Part shown: positions 8,151-16,684 of the stretch, one piece after another | How the letters are laid out: each line of letters starts with the position of its first letter | Position numbering within the stretch: the stretch's first letter is position 1 | Assembly: GCA_027295155.1 (NCBI GenBank) | Contig: JAPULH010000001.1 | Location: 1-45,964 of the forward strand | DNA length: 45,964 nt | Direction of reading: 5' to 3' | Origin: Gemmatimonadota bacterium | Lineage (GTDB): Bacteria > Gemmatimonadota > Gemmatimonadetes > Palauibacterales > Palauibacteraceae | Made by a program: the position numbers and the translations under genes | Notes under the pieces: model-generated | What the model was told of the DNA's origin: nothing | Database searches by the model: none | Seen by the model: the letters and a program-made list of their open reading frames with translations, nothing else

Positions 8151-10397
8151 TCAGGACCCGGTACGTCTCGAGCTCTCGAGGATCGCGGCGAGCTCATCCA
8201 GCCCCGAGAGCACCTCGCGCGGCCGGGAGCCGTCCGGGGGACCCAGAATCCCGGCGTGATGAAGCTGGTCCACGATCCGAGCGGCCCGCCCATAACCGAT
8301 CTTCAGTCGCCGTTGGAGCAGGCTGGTCGAGCCGGAGCTGTTCGTGATCACGATCTCGGCGGCTTGCTGGAAGAGATCGTCCCGATCCTCGAGCACGTCC
8401 CCGACGTCGCCTCGTGATTCCTCCTGCTCCATGTCGCGCACCACCTGCAGAATATCGGCTTCGGAAGCTCCAGCCTCTTGGCGCGCCACCTCCGCCTGCA
8501 TCCGGTACCACTCGACCAACCTCTCGGTGTCAGCGCTGGACATGAAGGCGCCCTGGATCCGGATCGGGTCCGCCTCGCCCGGGGGAAGGAAGAGCATGTC
8601 TCCGTTCCCGAGAAGGCTCTCGGCGCCGTTCTGGTCGAGGATCGTCCGGCTGTCGGTCTTCGAGGCGACGCGAAACGCGATCCGGCTGGGGAAGTTCGCC
8701 TTGATGAGGCCTGTGATCACGTTCACCGACGGTCGCTGCGTCGAGATGACCAGGTGAAGTCCCACGGCACGCGCCTTCTGAGCCAGCATGGCCAACGGCG
8801 CCTCGACCTCCGCCTGCACGGTCATGATGAGATCGGCCAGCTCGTCTATCAGCAGCACGATGTAGGGTAGTTCGCCGTCCTCGTACGGCATGACGGAGCC
8901 CTCCGCCGGCAGGACCTCGAGCCCCAAGGCCACGCGCCGGTTGAACTCCGCGAGGTTGCGGCAAGCGTTGGCGGACAGCAGCGCGTAGCGCCGGCCCATC
9001 TCGTAGACCGCCCACTTGAGGATCGAGGCCGCCTCGCTGTTGTCCGTGACGACCGGGTGGCGGAGGTGCGGAAGGTCGTTGTAGACGCTGAGCTCCACCA
9101 TCTTCGGATCCACCATCAGCAGGCGGAGCTCCCGTGGCGTGAACCGGTAAACCAGACTGGTGATGATGCTGTTGATACAGATCGACTTGCCCGACCCGGT
9201 GGCGCCCGCGATCAGCAGGTGGGGCATCCGGTCCAGGTCCGTCACATAGGGCCGGCCGGCTAGATCCTTGCCGAGCACAATCGGAAGCGCCTGGCCGGCG
9301 CGGCGGTACGCGGGAGACTCGAGCACCTCCCGCAGCCACACGATCTCCGGCTCGGGGTTCGGCACCTCCACGCCCACCGCGCCCTTCCCCGGAATCGGCG
9401 CCACAATCCTGATCGAGGGCGCTTTGAGCGCGAGCGCCAGGTCGTCGGCCAACGCGGAGATCTGGCCGACCTTCACCCCCTCCGCCGGGACCACCTCGAA
9501 CTGCGTCACCACAGGCCCGGTCGTCCACCCGGAGATCCTCCCCTCGACCCGGAACGTCCGAAGCTTGTCCACCAGTACCGCACCGAGCGCCTTCAGCTCG
9601 TGGCGATGCAACCCCTCACTCCGCTGCGTGGGCTCCGTGAGAAGGTCGATCGGAGGCAGGTCGGTCTGGGAGAGGTCGGCTCCATCCGAGAGCACCGAAC
9701 CGGGAGCCGCATCCGCCGTCCGGGTGAGGTCCGGACGCTCCTCCACGTCCGCCGCGCCCCCATCTTCTTCGGTCCACTCCTCGTCGGCGGTCGACTCCCA
9801 CGGCGACTCCGGCTCAGCCGGCGAGGAACGCTGCCGGGTCGCCGCGCCGGCCAAGCGCCGCGCGACCCAGCACAGGCCGCCCCACACCCAGACGCCCGAG
9901 CGGCGAATCCCCCTCCACGTCAGCGTTGCCAGCCGACCAGCGGCTCGCGCCACAGAGAGCTCGAGAGCCAGGACCGTAACGGCCAGCAAGACCGCAGCGA
10001 CGATGAGGAAGGCGCCGAGCGTGCCGAAGCCCGAGACGAGCAGGTGGCCGGCGGTCCTCCCGATCCACCCGCCGGCACCTGAGCTCAGCAGCCAGCCCAG
10101 AGTGGGCACGAAGACCATCAGCGTGATCCCGAAGATCGAGGCCCGAATCGCGACCGACCGGCTCATGAGACCGAACGAATAAAGGCCCCAAACGAGCGCC
10201 GGCACCGCGACCAGGAAGCCGAAGCCGCCGACAGCGGCGACGAGCCATCCATCGAGCAGGACCCCCGCCGGTCCGATCAGGTTTCTGCCGTCGGCTGCAA
10301 TCCGAGGGAGCCCGACGGCGAGGAGGAGAAGCGCTCCGAGCGCGAGGAGCGTCACACCGAGCGCCTCCGAGTGGGCCGGTCGCTTCGGCCTGACCAT
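8151..10397 (-). CDS. ftsK: DNA translocase FtsK/SpoIIIE
   Basis: It has N-terminal TM segments, Walker A LLIAGATGSGKS, the LLIDELADLIM motif and a C-terminal winged-helix gamma domain (LLQRRLKIGYGRAARIVDQL). The start was placed at ATG 10397 (aa 188 of the ORF), in an ATGA overlap with the upstream stop. Confidence 0.93.
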   Translation of the reverse strand: MVRPKRPAHSEALGVTLLALGALLLLAVGLPRIAADGRNLIGPAGVLLDGWLVAAVGGFGFLVAVPALVWGLYSFGLMSRSVAIRASIFGITLMVFVPTLGWLLSSGAGGWIGRTAGHLLVSGFGTLGAFLIVAAVLLAVTVLALELSVARAAGRLATLTWRGIRRSGVWVWGGLCWVARRLAGAATRQRSSPAEPESPWESTADEEWTEEDGGAADVEERPDLTRTADAAPGSVLSDGADLSQTDLPPIDLLTEPTQRSEGLHRHELKALGAVLVDKLRTFRVEGRISGWTTGPVVTQFEVVPAEGVKVGQISALADDLALALKAPSIRIVAPIPGKGAVGVEVPNPEPEIVWLREVLESPAYRRAGQALPIVLGKDLAGRPYVTDLDRMPHLLIAGATGSGKSICINSIITSLVYRFTPRELRLLMVDPKMVELSVYNDLPHLRHPVVTDNSEAASILKWAVYEMGRRYALLSANACRNLAEFNRRVALGLEVLPAEGSVMPYEDGELPYIVLLIDELADLIMTVQAEVEAPLAMLAQKARAVGLHLVISTQRPSVNVITGLIKANFPSRIAFRVASKTDSRTILDQNGAESLLGNGDMLFLPPGEADPIRIQGAFMSSADTERLVEWYRMQAEVARQEAGASEADILQVVRDMEQEESRGDVGDVLEDRDDLFQQAAEIVITNSSGSTSLLQRRLKIGYGRAARIVDQLHHAGILGPPDGSRPREVLSGLDELAAILESSRRTGS

Positions 10398-11161
10398 CAG
10401 TCGCCCTCGATCTGCTCGGCAAGCACGAACCCGCCGTCCCAGAGCACCGGGACGCACGGGCTCACATCCACCTCCGCGCAGAAAGCCAGGTCCTGTTCGA
10501 GCCCGATCCGGACCAGGGCGACCCCGGCCGCCGTCGTCGCGAGAAAGTCCGGTGTGGGCGCTCCGATCGCCGCCGCGAGGGCCAGCGCCGTCCGGGCTCC
10601 GTCCGACGGCTGGACGCCCGGGACGCTCTCCTCGAGGGCCTTGACGATCAGACCAGCGCAGAGGAGATCCTCCAGTCCGAGGCGACCCTCCCTTCCCGCA
10701 CAGGCGATCGCCACTCCGGGCGCCGCGTTCCGCCCCCCCTCTTCGCCGATGGACGCCACGAGACGGTCGGCCAGGGCGCGGCGATTCCGGAAGCAACCGA
10801 GGGACACCTCGCCCGCGGAGCGGCACCGGCGGAGGGCTTGCGTACCGTTCGTCGTGGTGCACACGAGCGTTTTCCCCTCCACCGCCTCCGGCCGGAACTC
10901 GCCAGGCGAGTTGCCCAGATCGAAGCCGTCGATCCTCCGCCCGCGACGTTCGCCGCACAGCAGCACGCCGCTCTGCCCGGTCGAGCCGGCCAGGCGCACC
11001 GCCTCCTCGATCGAGGCTGCGGCCAGCACCCGCTGGGCTCCGGCCTCGAGCGCGGTCAGCACGGTTGTCGTGGCCCGGATCACATCGACGACCACGACCT
11101 TCGCTCCCGAGAGATCCGCGTCGTCCAGCTCTCCAGGCACAGCGAAGACGTCCACCTTCAT
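10397..11161 (-). CDS. comB: 2-phosphosulfolactate phosphatase family protein
   Basis: The sequence [12 protein letters not shown]...[21 protein letters not shown]...[23 protein letters not shown] matches the ComB-family pattern. The ATG at 11161 forms an ATGA overlap with the accC stop. The longer ORF upstream of this start is an artefact. Confidence 0.8.
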   Translation of the reverse strand: MKVDVFAVPGELDDADLSGAKVVVVDVIRATTTVLTALEAGAQRVLAAASIEEAVRLAGSTGQSGVLLCGERRGRRIDGFDLGNSPGEFRPEAVEGKTLVCTTTNGTQALRRCRSAGEVSLGCFRNRRALADRLVASIGEEGGRNAAPGVAIACAGREGRLGLEDLLCAGLIVKALEESVPGVQPSDGARTALALAAAIGAPTPDFLATTAAGVALVRIGLEQDLAFCAEVDVSPCVPVLWDGGFVLAEQIEGD

Positions 11162-12498
11162 GGCCGAAACACGCGTTCGATGAACTGTGTGTCGACCCGG
11201 CCGGCCACGAAATCGGGGTGAGCCAGCACCTCTCGCAGGAAGGGGATCGTCGTGTGGACGCCCTCCACGATGAACTCGTCCAAGGCGTGGTATGCGCGGC
11301 TCAACGCCTCCTCCCTGTCGTTCGCGCGCACGATCAGCTTCGCGATGAGCGAGTCGTAGTAGGGGGGGACCTGATAGCCCGCGTAGACAGCGGTGTCGAT
11401 GCGCACCCCCGGCCCGCCCGGAGCGTGGAACGCGGTAATCGTCCCCGGCGAGGGGCGGAAGTCGTTCGCGGGATCTTCCGCGTTGATCCGGCACTCGATG
11501 GCATGACCCCGCAGCGAGGGTGGCTCCTGGAAGGAGAGCGGCTCGCCCGCCGCGATCCGGATCTGCTCCTTCACGAGATCGATCGCCGTCACCGCTTCGG
11601 TTACCGGGTGCTCGACCTGGATCCGGGTGTTCATCTCCATAAAATAGAAGCTCCCGTCCTCGTCGAGCAGGAACTCCACCGTGCCGGCGTTCCGGTAGCC
11701 GATCGCCGATGCCGCGCGCACGGCCGCCTCTCCCATCCTCTTCCTCAAGTCGCTGTCCAGCGCCGGGCTCGGGCTCTCCTCGATCAGCTTCTGATGGCGC
11801 CGCTGGACGGAGCAATCGCGCTCTCCGAGGTGGACGACGTGGCCGCTCTGGTCCCCCAGCACCTGGATCTCCACGTGACGCGACCGCGTGATGTACTTCT
11901 CCAGGTAGACGGTCGGGTTGTCGAATGCGGCCTTCGCCTCGTTGCGCGCCATGACGAAGGCGCGGCGGAAAGCCTCTTCCTCCTCGCCGACACGCATGCC
12001 CTTTCCGCCGCCGCCGGCCGCGGCCTTGATCATGACTGGAAAGCCGATGCGTCGAGCCGCCTCCACGGCCTCCTCTTCATCGTCCACCGGTCCATCGGAG
12101 CCGGGCACGACCCGAACGCCGGCGTCGACCATCGTCACCCGGGCTTCCGCCTTGTCCCCCATCCTCCGGATCTGAGCGGCCGTCGGGCCGATGAAGGCAA
12201 GGCCGCTCCGCTCGCAGATCTCAGCGAACTCCGCGTTTTCCGCGAGGAAGCCATAGCCGGGATGGATCGCGTCAGCACCCGTGATCTCGGCCGCCGCGAC
12301 AATCCGAGGGATGTTGAGGTAGCTGTCCCTGGCGGCAGGCGGACCGATGCAGATGTCCTCATCGGAGAACCGCACGTGCAGAGAGTCCCGGTCCGCCTCG
12401 GAATAGACGGCGACGGTCCGTACGCCGAGCTCACGGCAAGCCCGAATGACGCGGAGCGCGATCTCGCCCCGGTTCGCTATCAGGATCTTTTGGAACAC
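11158..12498 (-). CDS. accC: acetyl-CoA carboxylase, biotin carboxylase subunit
   Basis: The 446-aa product starts [25 protein letters not shown] and shows the ATP-grasp motifs GGGGKGMR and [14 protein letters not shown]. It uses a GTG start. Confidence 0.95.
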   Translation of the reverse strand: MFQKILIANRGEIALRVIRACRELGVRTVAVYSEADRDSLHVRFSDEDICIGPPAARDSYLNIPRIVAAAEITGADAIHPGYGFLAENAEFAEICERSGLAFIGPTAAQIRRMGDKAEARVTMVDAGVRVVPGSDGPVDDEEEAVEAARRIGFPVMIKAAAGGGGKGMRVGEEEEAFRRAFVMARNEAKAAFDNPTVYLEKYITRSRHVEIQVLGDQSGHVVHLGERDCSVQRRHQKLIEESPSPALDSDLRKRMGEAAVRAASAIGYRNAGTVEFLLDEDGSFYFMEMNTRIQVEHPVTEAVTAIDLVKEQIRIAAGEPLSFQEPPSLRGHAIECRINAEDPANDFRPSPGTITAFHAPGGPGVRIDTAVYAGYQVPPYYDSLIAKLIVRANDREEALSRAYHALDEFIVEGVHTTIPFLREVLAHPDFVAGRVDTQFIERVFRP

Positions 12499-12911
12499 TA
12501 GCAGGTCGCTGAAGAACCCTGGCGGGTCGCGTTACGAGCGCCGGACCCGCCTGCGGCGGGTGCCCTCACAGATCCAAGGCGGCGCGACGACGCGATACCG
12601 TGCGTATCGGGGAGGAGCGGCAACGCCGGAGATGGCCCCACGCCGCCGTAACGGTAACAAGCGCGTAAGCGCTTGTCGGGGCGCATGGGGGTTGGCTGGC
12701 GCCGACCTCCACTCGCTTCGCTCGCTCCGGTTGTGGCCGAATACGGCGTCACTCGTCGTCGAGGGCACCGCGCGGAGCGTGGTCGCACAGGGCATCGACT
12801 CCTTCTCGTTCCTTGTCTTCGACTCACAAGACGGTAACAGGCGCGACAGCGACTGTCGCGCGCGACCCACCAAGGTTCTTCAGCGCCCCGCTCGGGATCA
12901 GCGACCTGCTA
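12499..12911. mobile_element. MITE-like non-autonomous element bounded by terminal inverted repeats, inserted between accB and accC
   Basis: The outer arms 12499-12512 and 12898-12911 pair 14/14, and the inner arms 12513-12531 and 12861-12879 pair 17/19. CTAG is present at both ends (12498-12501 and 12909-12912). There is no credible ORF inside. Conceptual excision restores an overlapping TAGTG stop/start junction. Confidence 0.5.
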
Positions 12912-13358
12912 GCCGGTGCCGTCCAGCGCGACTCGGAAGAGGACCTGCCCATACTCGACGGGCTCGGCATCCTGCGCGGGGATCTGTCGGATCACGCCCG
13001 CGACCTCGGACTCGAGCTCGTTCATAAGCTTCATCGCCTCGAGAATGCAGAGTGTCTGGCCCTCGTTCACGCGATCACCGACCTCCACATACGGAGGAGC
13101 GTCAGGAGCGGGAGCCCGGTAAAACGTGCCGACCATGGGCGAGTGGATCTCGACCAGATCCTCCTCCGGTTCCGTCCGCGCGACCAGGGCCGGCGACCCC
13201 ACGTCCAAGGAAGGGGGATCGGCTATAGCCAGCCGCGCGGTCACGGGAGGCGATTTCGACAGGACGATCCGGGTACCGAGGCGCGAGAGCTCCAGGGTGT
13301 CGACGTCCGACTCGTCGAGCATCTCGATGAGGCGCCGAATCCAGTCGAGATCGAACAT
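12909..13358 (-). CDS. accB: acetyl-CoA carboxylase, biotin carboxyl carrier protein
   Basis: The 149-aa product has the biotinyl-lysine motif EAMKLMNE and a P/A-rich linker. It lies directly downstream of efp. Confidence 0.92.
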   Translation of the reverse strand: MFDLDWIRRLIEMLDESDVDTLELSRLGTRIVLSKSPPVTARLAIADPPSLDVGSPALVARTEPEEDLVEIHSPMVGTFYRAPAPDAPPYVEVGDRVNEGQTLCILEAMKLMNELESEVAGVIRQIPAQDAEPVEYGQVLFRVALDGTG

Positions 13359-13921
13359 CAGGAGACGCGTTCCAGGTACTTGTCGACGGTCCTGTCCACG
13401 CGAACGGTGTCGCCCTGCTCGATGAACAGGGGGACCTGCACCGTCGCGCCGGTGCTCAGCCGCGCCGGCTTGGTGCCTCCCTGTGCCGTGTCACCCTTCA
13501 CGCCCGGGTCGGTATCCACGATCTCGAGCTCGACGAACTGGGGCAGCTCGACGGAGAGCACCTGACCTTCCCGGGTGAGACCCTCGCAGATCATGTTCTC
13601 CTGAAGGTACTGGAGCTGGTCCTCTCCGATCGCGTCCTCCGAGAGCGGGAACATCTCATACGTCTCCATCTCCATGAAGTAGTAGAGCTGTCCGTCCGTG
13701 TAGGAGTACTGCATCGGCCGGCGAAGGAGGCGCACCTCGCTGACCTTTTCGCCTGCCCGAAAGGTCTTTTCGAGCACCCCACCGGTCATCACGCCCTTGA
13801 GCTTGGTGCGCACGAAGGCGCCGCCCTTCCCGGGTTTCACGTGCTGGAAATAGATGATCGAGAACAGCGTCCCGTCCAGCTCGATCACCATCCCGTTTCG
13901 AAAATCCGATGTGTCGGCCAT
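13358..13921 (-). CDS. efp: elongation factor P
   Basis: The 187-aa product contains FRNGMVIELDGTLFSIIYFQHVKPGKGGAFVRTKLK, the typical EF-P N-terminus. Confidence 0.95.
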   Translation of the reverse strand: MADTSDFRNGMVIELDGTLFSIIYFQHVKPGKGGAFVRTKLKGVMTGGVLEKTFRAGEKVSEVRLLRRPMQYSYTDGQLYYFMEMETYEMFPLSEDAIGEDQLQYLQENMICEGLTREGQVLSVELPQFVELEIVDTDPGVKGDTAQGGTKPARLSTGATVQVPLFIEQGDTVRVDRTVDKYLERVS

Positions 13922-13985
13922 TCTGGCAACTCGTCATCGATCCGCGGCCTCATGGCAGACCGCCCAACGCCGGTCCCTCGCCCTA

Positions 13986-15083
13986 TCAGAGCTCCCGCAG
14001 CGCTCTCGACGAAGAGGTGAGGACACGATATCCGCCGTCGACCACCTCCACATCCTCTTCCACCCGGACCCCGCCCTGGCCCGAAAGATACACTCCCGGT
14101 TCCACCGTCACCACATTTCCGACCTGGATCACGTCCTTCGATTCACGGTACAGTCTCGGCCCCTCGTGCACCTCGAGCCCGATGCCGTGACCGATGGAAT
14201 GGCCGAAGCGCTCCCCGAGCCCGACGGCCTCCAGCAGATCACGGGCGGCTCGATCCACCTCGCGAGCCGGACATCCGGGCACCAGCGCCTCGAGCGCCGC
14301 GGCCTGAGCCTCCAGAACGTGCTCGTGGATCTCGCGCTGCCATGGCCTCGCCGCGCCCAACACGACCGTCCGGGTGATATCTGAGCGATACCCATCGACC
14401 GTGGCTCCGAAATCAAGCAGCAGCAGATCCCCCTCGGCAAGCCGACGCGCCGAGGGCGAGGCGTGAGGAAGCGCGGTTCTCTCCCCGCTCGCGACGATCG
14501 TGTCGAACGCCGGCCCTTCGGATCCATGCTTCGCGAGTCGGTACTCGAGCTCGGCCGCGAGCTCCCGCTCGGCCATACCCTCCCGCACCGTCGAGAGCGC
14601 CTCGTCCAGAGCCCGCTCTGCCACGTCGACCGCCGCTGCGAGGCGGTCCACCTCCTCCGGAGCCTTGATCGCGCGCATCCCCTCTACAGCCGGCGACATG
14701 TCCTCCCACAGGACGCTCGCGCATCGCTCGCCCAGCTCCCTCCTGTCGCGCACGGTCACGTGCTCGGCCTCGAAGGCCAGGCTGCGCACGTGAGTTCGAT
14801 CCGCCAGCCGATCCGCCAGCGCGGCGATCACTCCGTCCGTCGCCAGCAAGACCTCCACGGTGGCGTTCACCTCCTCCTCCGCCTGATCCTCGTAGCGGAA
14901 ATCCGTGATCAGGCAAGCTTCTTCGGAGAGCACCAGCAGGAGGCCGTTCGAACCGCTGAACCCCGAGAGGTAGCGCACGTTAGGGCCGTGGCAGATGACT
15001 GCGCCGTCCAGGCCGTGCGCCGGGAGGTCGGCTCGGAGCCTCGCGAGCCGCTCCCTTCGCGCATCCTTGCTCGAAGCGATCAC
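13986..15083 (-). CDS. Xaa-Pro aminopeptidase / M24-family peptidase
   Basis: It has a creatinase-like N-domain and the M24 metal-ligand motifs (LLLDFGATVDGYRSDITRT, HSIGHGIGLEVHEGP, TVEPGVY). Confidence 0.88.
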   Translation of the reverse strand: MIASSKDARRERLARLRADLPAHGLDGAVICHGPNVRYLSGFSGSNGLLLVLSEEACLITDFRYEDQAEEEVNATVEVLLATDGVIAALADRLADRTHVRSLAFEAEHVTVRDRRELGERCASVLWEDMSPAVEGMRAIKAPEEVDRLAAAVDVAERALDEALSTVREGMAERELAAELEYRLAKHGSEGPAFDTIVASGERTALPHASPSARRLAEGDLLLLDFGATVDGYRSDITRTVVLGAARPWQREIHEHVLEAQAAALEALVPGCPAREVDRAARDLLEAVGLGERFGHSIGHGIGLEVHEGPRLYRESKDVIQVGNVVTVEPGVYLSGQGGVRVEEDVEVVDGGYRVLTSSSRALREL

Positions 15084-15547
15084 CCGGAAGCGCGTTCGAC
15101 CGGGGACGTGAGATGGGCCACCATGGCATCGAGGGCGATCAGGTAGCCCTGGGCTCGAAACCCCGCGACCAGCCCGAGCGCGATCTCGGCCAGGACCGAC
15201 CGTCCGCGGAACGGTTCCCGGGCGTAGACGTTCGACAGGTGGACTTCGACGAACGGTCTGCCTGTCGCCGCGAGCGCGTCGCGCAAGGCGTAGCTGGTGT
15301 GCCCCAGAGCTCCAGGATTCACGATCCAGCCCCGGACGTCAGCCATGTGCTCGTGCAGCCAGTCGATCAGCTCGCCCTCGTGATTGGACTGAACGAGCAC
15401 GAGCTCGGCCCCGTGCGACTCGGCTCGCTCCTCGAGCAGCCGATCGAGCGCCTCCAGCGTCAGCTGACCGTAATGAGCGGGATCACGGCGGCCCAGCAGG
15501 TTGAGGTTCGGTCCGTGGAGGACGCCTATTCGCAGCCTTCGACTCAT
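15080..15547 (-). CDS. aroQ: type II 3-dehydroquinate dehydratase
   Basis: The sequence MSRRLRIGVLHGPNLNLLGRRDPAHYG...QSNHEGELIDWLHE...NPGALGHTSYALRDA is typical of AroQ. The start was placed at ATG 15547 (aa 92 of the ORF). Confidence 0.92.
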   Translation of the reverse strand: MSRRLRIGVLHGPNLNLLGRRDPAHYGQLTLEALDRLLEERAESHGAELVLVQSNHEGELIDWLHEHMADVRGWIVNPGALGHTSYALRDALAATGRPFVEVHLSNVYAREPFRGRSVLAEIALGLVAGFRAQGYLIALDAMVAHLTSPVERASG

Positions 15548-15554
15548 GGGAGAG

Positions 15555-16433
15555 TTACCGGCCGCGGCGCCTGAGCCACTCCCCAAACCCCGACCCCGGT
15601 GAACGGTCGGCCTCATCTCCGTCGTCGGGGAGCGGCCCCACGACCGGCGCCGTTCCGCGCACGAGAGCCTGCAGGTAAGAGCGAATCCCCGGGCCAGCCG
15701 TCGTGGCCTCGGCCGAAGCTTCGGGCTCGGGTGTCGCCATGGGCTCGGGTCCGGGTGCCTCGAGAGGCAGCACGGCGGGGTTCGTGTCCTCGCCGCTCGC
15801 AAGCGCCCGGGCCTCCGCAAGCCGCTTGCGGAGAGCGGGATCCGCCGGACGCCGCTTCACCAGCTCCCAGTAGATCTCCGCCGCCTCCTCGTACAGGCCC
15901 TGCTTCAGGTAGAGCGCGGCCATCGTCTCGGTGATCAAACACAGGTCGTGAGGCAGGCTTGCCTCGGCCGACTCTTGGGAAGAGCCCCCCACCGAGGGGG
16001 TGCCCGACGTCCGCGACCCGGCGTTCGCCGCGGCAGCCGCCAGCCTCTCGGCGTCTTCGCTGAGCGGGTCGATCTGGAGGAGCCGCTCCGACCACCGGAG
16101 CGCGTCCTCCCGCTGGTTCGCCTCGAGCGCCAGCTCGGCGAGCTCACGGAGAGCCACCAGGTTGTGCTGATCGAGGTCGAGGACACGGGTCCATGCCGCG
16201 GCGGCCTCCCCCGCACGGCCGAGGTCCATGAGACATCGCGCATACACGATATGCGCGCTCAGATAGGCCGGGTGGCGCTCCAGCCCGTGCTCGAGGATCT
16301 CCAAAGCTCGCGCGGAGTTGCCGGCCTTGCGGTGAGCGTCGGCAAGACGGGCGAACACGAAGCTCTCGGGGGCCTCCGCATACTGCTCTTCGAAGCGTCG
16401 AATCTCGCTGCCGGCGATACGATCGGAGTGCAT
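15555..16433 (-). CDS. TPR-repeat protein
   Basis: It contains several TPR-like helical repeats (AGNSARALEILEHGLERHPAYLSAHIVYARCLMDLGR..., YLKQGLYEEAAEIYWELVKRRP). The start was placed at ATG 16433. Confidence 0.65.
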   Translation of the reverse strand: MHSDRIAGSEIRRFEEQYAEAPESFVFARLADAHRKAGNSARALEILEHGLERHPAYLSAHIVYARCLMDLGRAGEAAAAWTRVLDLDQHNLVALRELAELALEANQREDALRWSERLLQIDPLSEDAERLAAAAANAGSRTSGTPSVGGSSQESAEASLPHDLCLITETMAALYLKQGLYEEAAEIYWELVKRRPADPALRKRLAEARALASGEDTNPAVLPLEAPGPEPMATPEPEASAEATTAGPGIRSYLQALVRGTAPVVGPLPDDGDEADRSPGSGFGEWLRRRGR

Positions 16434-16452
16434 GGACCCGGTTCGAGGGGAC

Positions 16453-16471
16453 GGGTTCTTCAGCGACCTGC
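16453..16471. repeat. solo 19-nt copy of the inverted-repeat core of the accB-accC element
   Basis: GGGTTCTTCAGCGACCTGC is identical to the reverse complement of 12501-12519. It lies 20-38 nt upstream of the TPR gene ATG, in a divergent intergenic region. Confidence 0.8.
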
Positions 16472-16505
16472 CAGGGAACTCACCCGCTGCTACCCGGGCG
16501 TTGCG

Positions 16506-16537
16506 GACCGGATTCAAGTTACCCGACCGGATTCAAG
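16506..16537. repeat. two direct copies of GACCGGATTCAAG (period 19) in a divergent promoter region
   Basis: Exact 13-mers are found at 16506-16518 and 16525-16537. Confidence 0.75.
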
Positions 16538-16633
16538 AAAGTCAACGAAAGACGGGCGTTTTCGGTTGCCGAGCCTACGGGTTGACGCTAGCTTTTCCGG
16601 GCGTTCGGCAGCCGGTTTTCTGAAGGGAGATCC

Positions 16634-16663
16634 GCGGCCTCCAGGGGCCGCTTCGCTTTTTCT
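16634..16663 (+). terminator. terminator- or attenuator-like hairpin with a T-tract just upstream of the ppiD-like gene
   Basis: GCGGCC (16634-16639) and GGCCGC (16646-16651) form a stem with a 6-nt loop. This is followed by TTCGCTTTTTCTG, then the SD-like GGAGGGGG, then ATG 16685. Confidence 0.35.
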
Positions 16664-16684
16664 GTCGGAGGGGGACGGACCAGA

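Noticed and set aside
10398-10958. N-terminal extensions of the longest ORFs (ftsK to 10958, comB to 11815, aroQ to 15820, the oxidoreductase to 3745, the LysM protein to 33962, the polyprenyl synthase to 20656, the cupin to 45112)
   Set aside because: The extensions overlap the upstream gene, are R/G/P-rich, and precede an internal ATG where the conserved family N-terminus or signal peptide begins, often in an ATGA overlap.
16441-16452. tRNA T-loop-like GGTTCGAG strings (here and GTGTTCGAGTATTCC near 45010)
   Set aside because: The flanking bases cannot form T-stems or acceptor stems, so no cloverleaf is possible.
16582-16596. Specific promoter assignments (TTGACG at 16582, or TAGCTTTT as a Bacteroidota-style -7 box with TTG ~20 nt upstream)
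   Set aside because: No matching -10 hexamer lies at a 17-nt spacing, the promoter grammar of this organism is unknown, and the call is too speculative to list as a feature.
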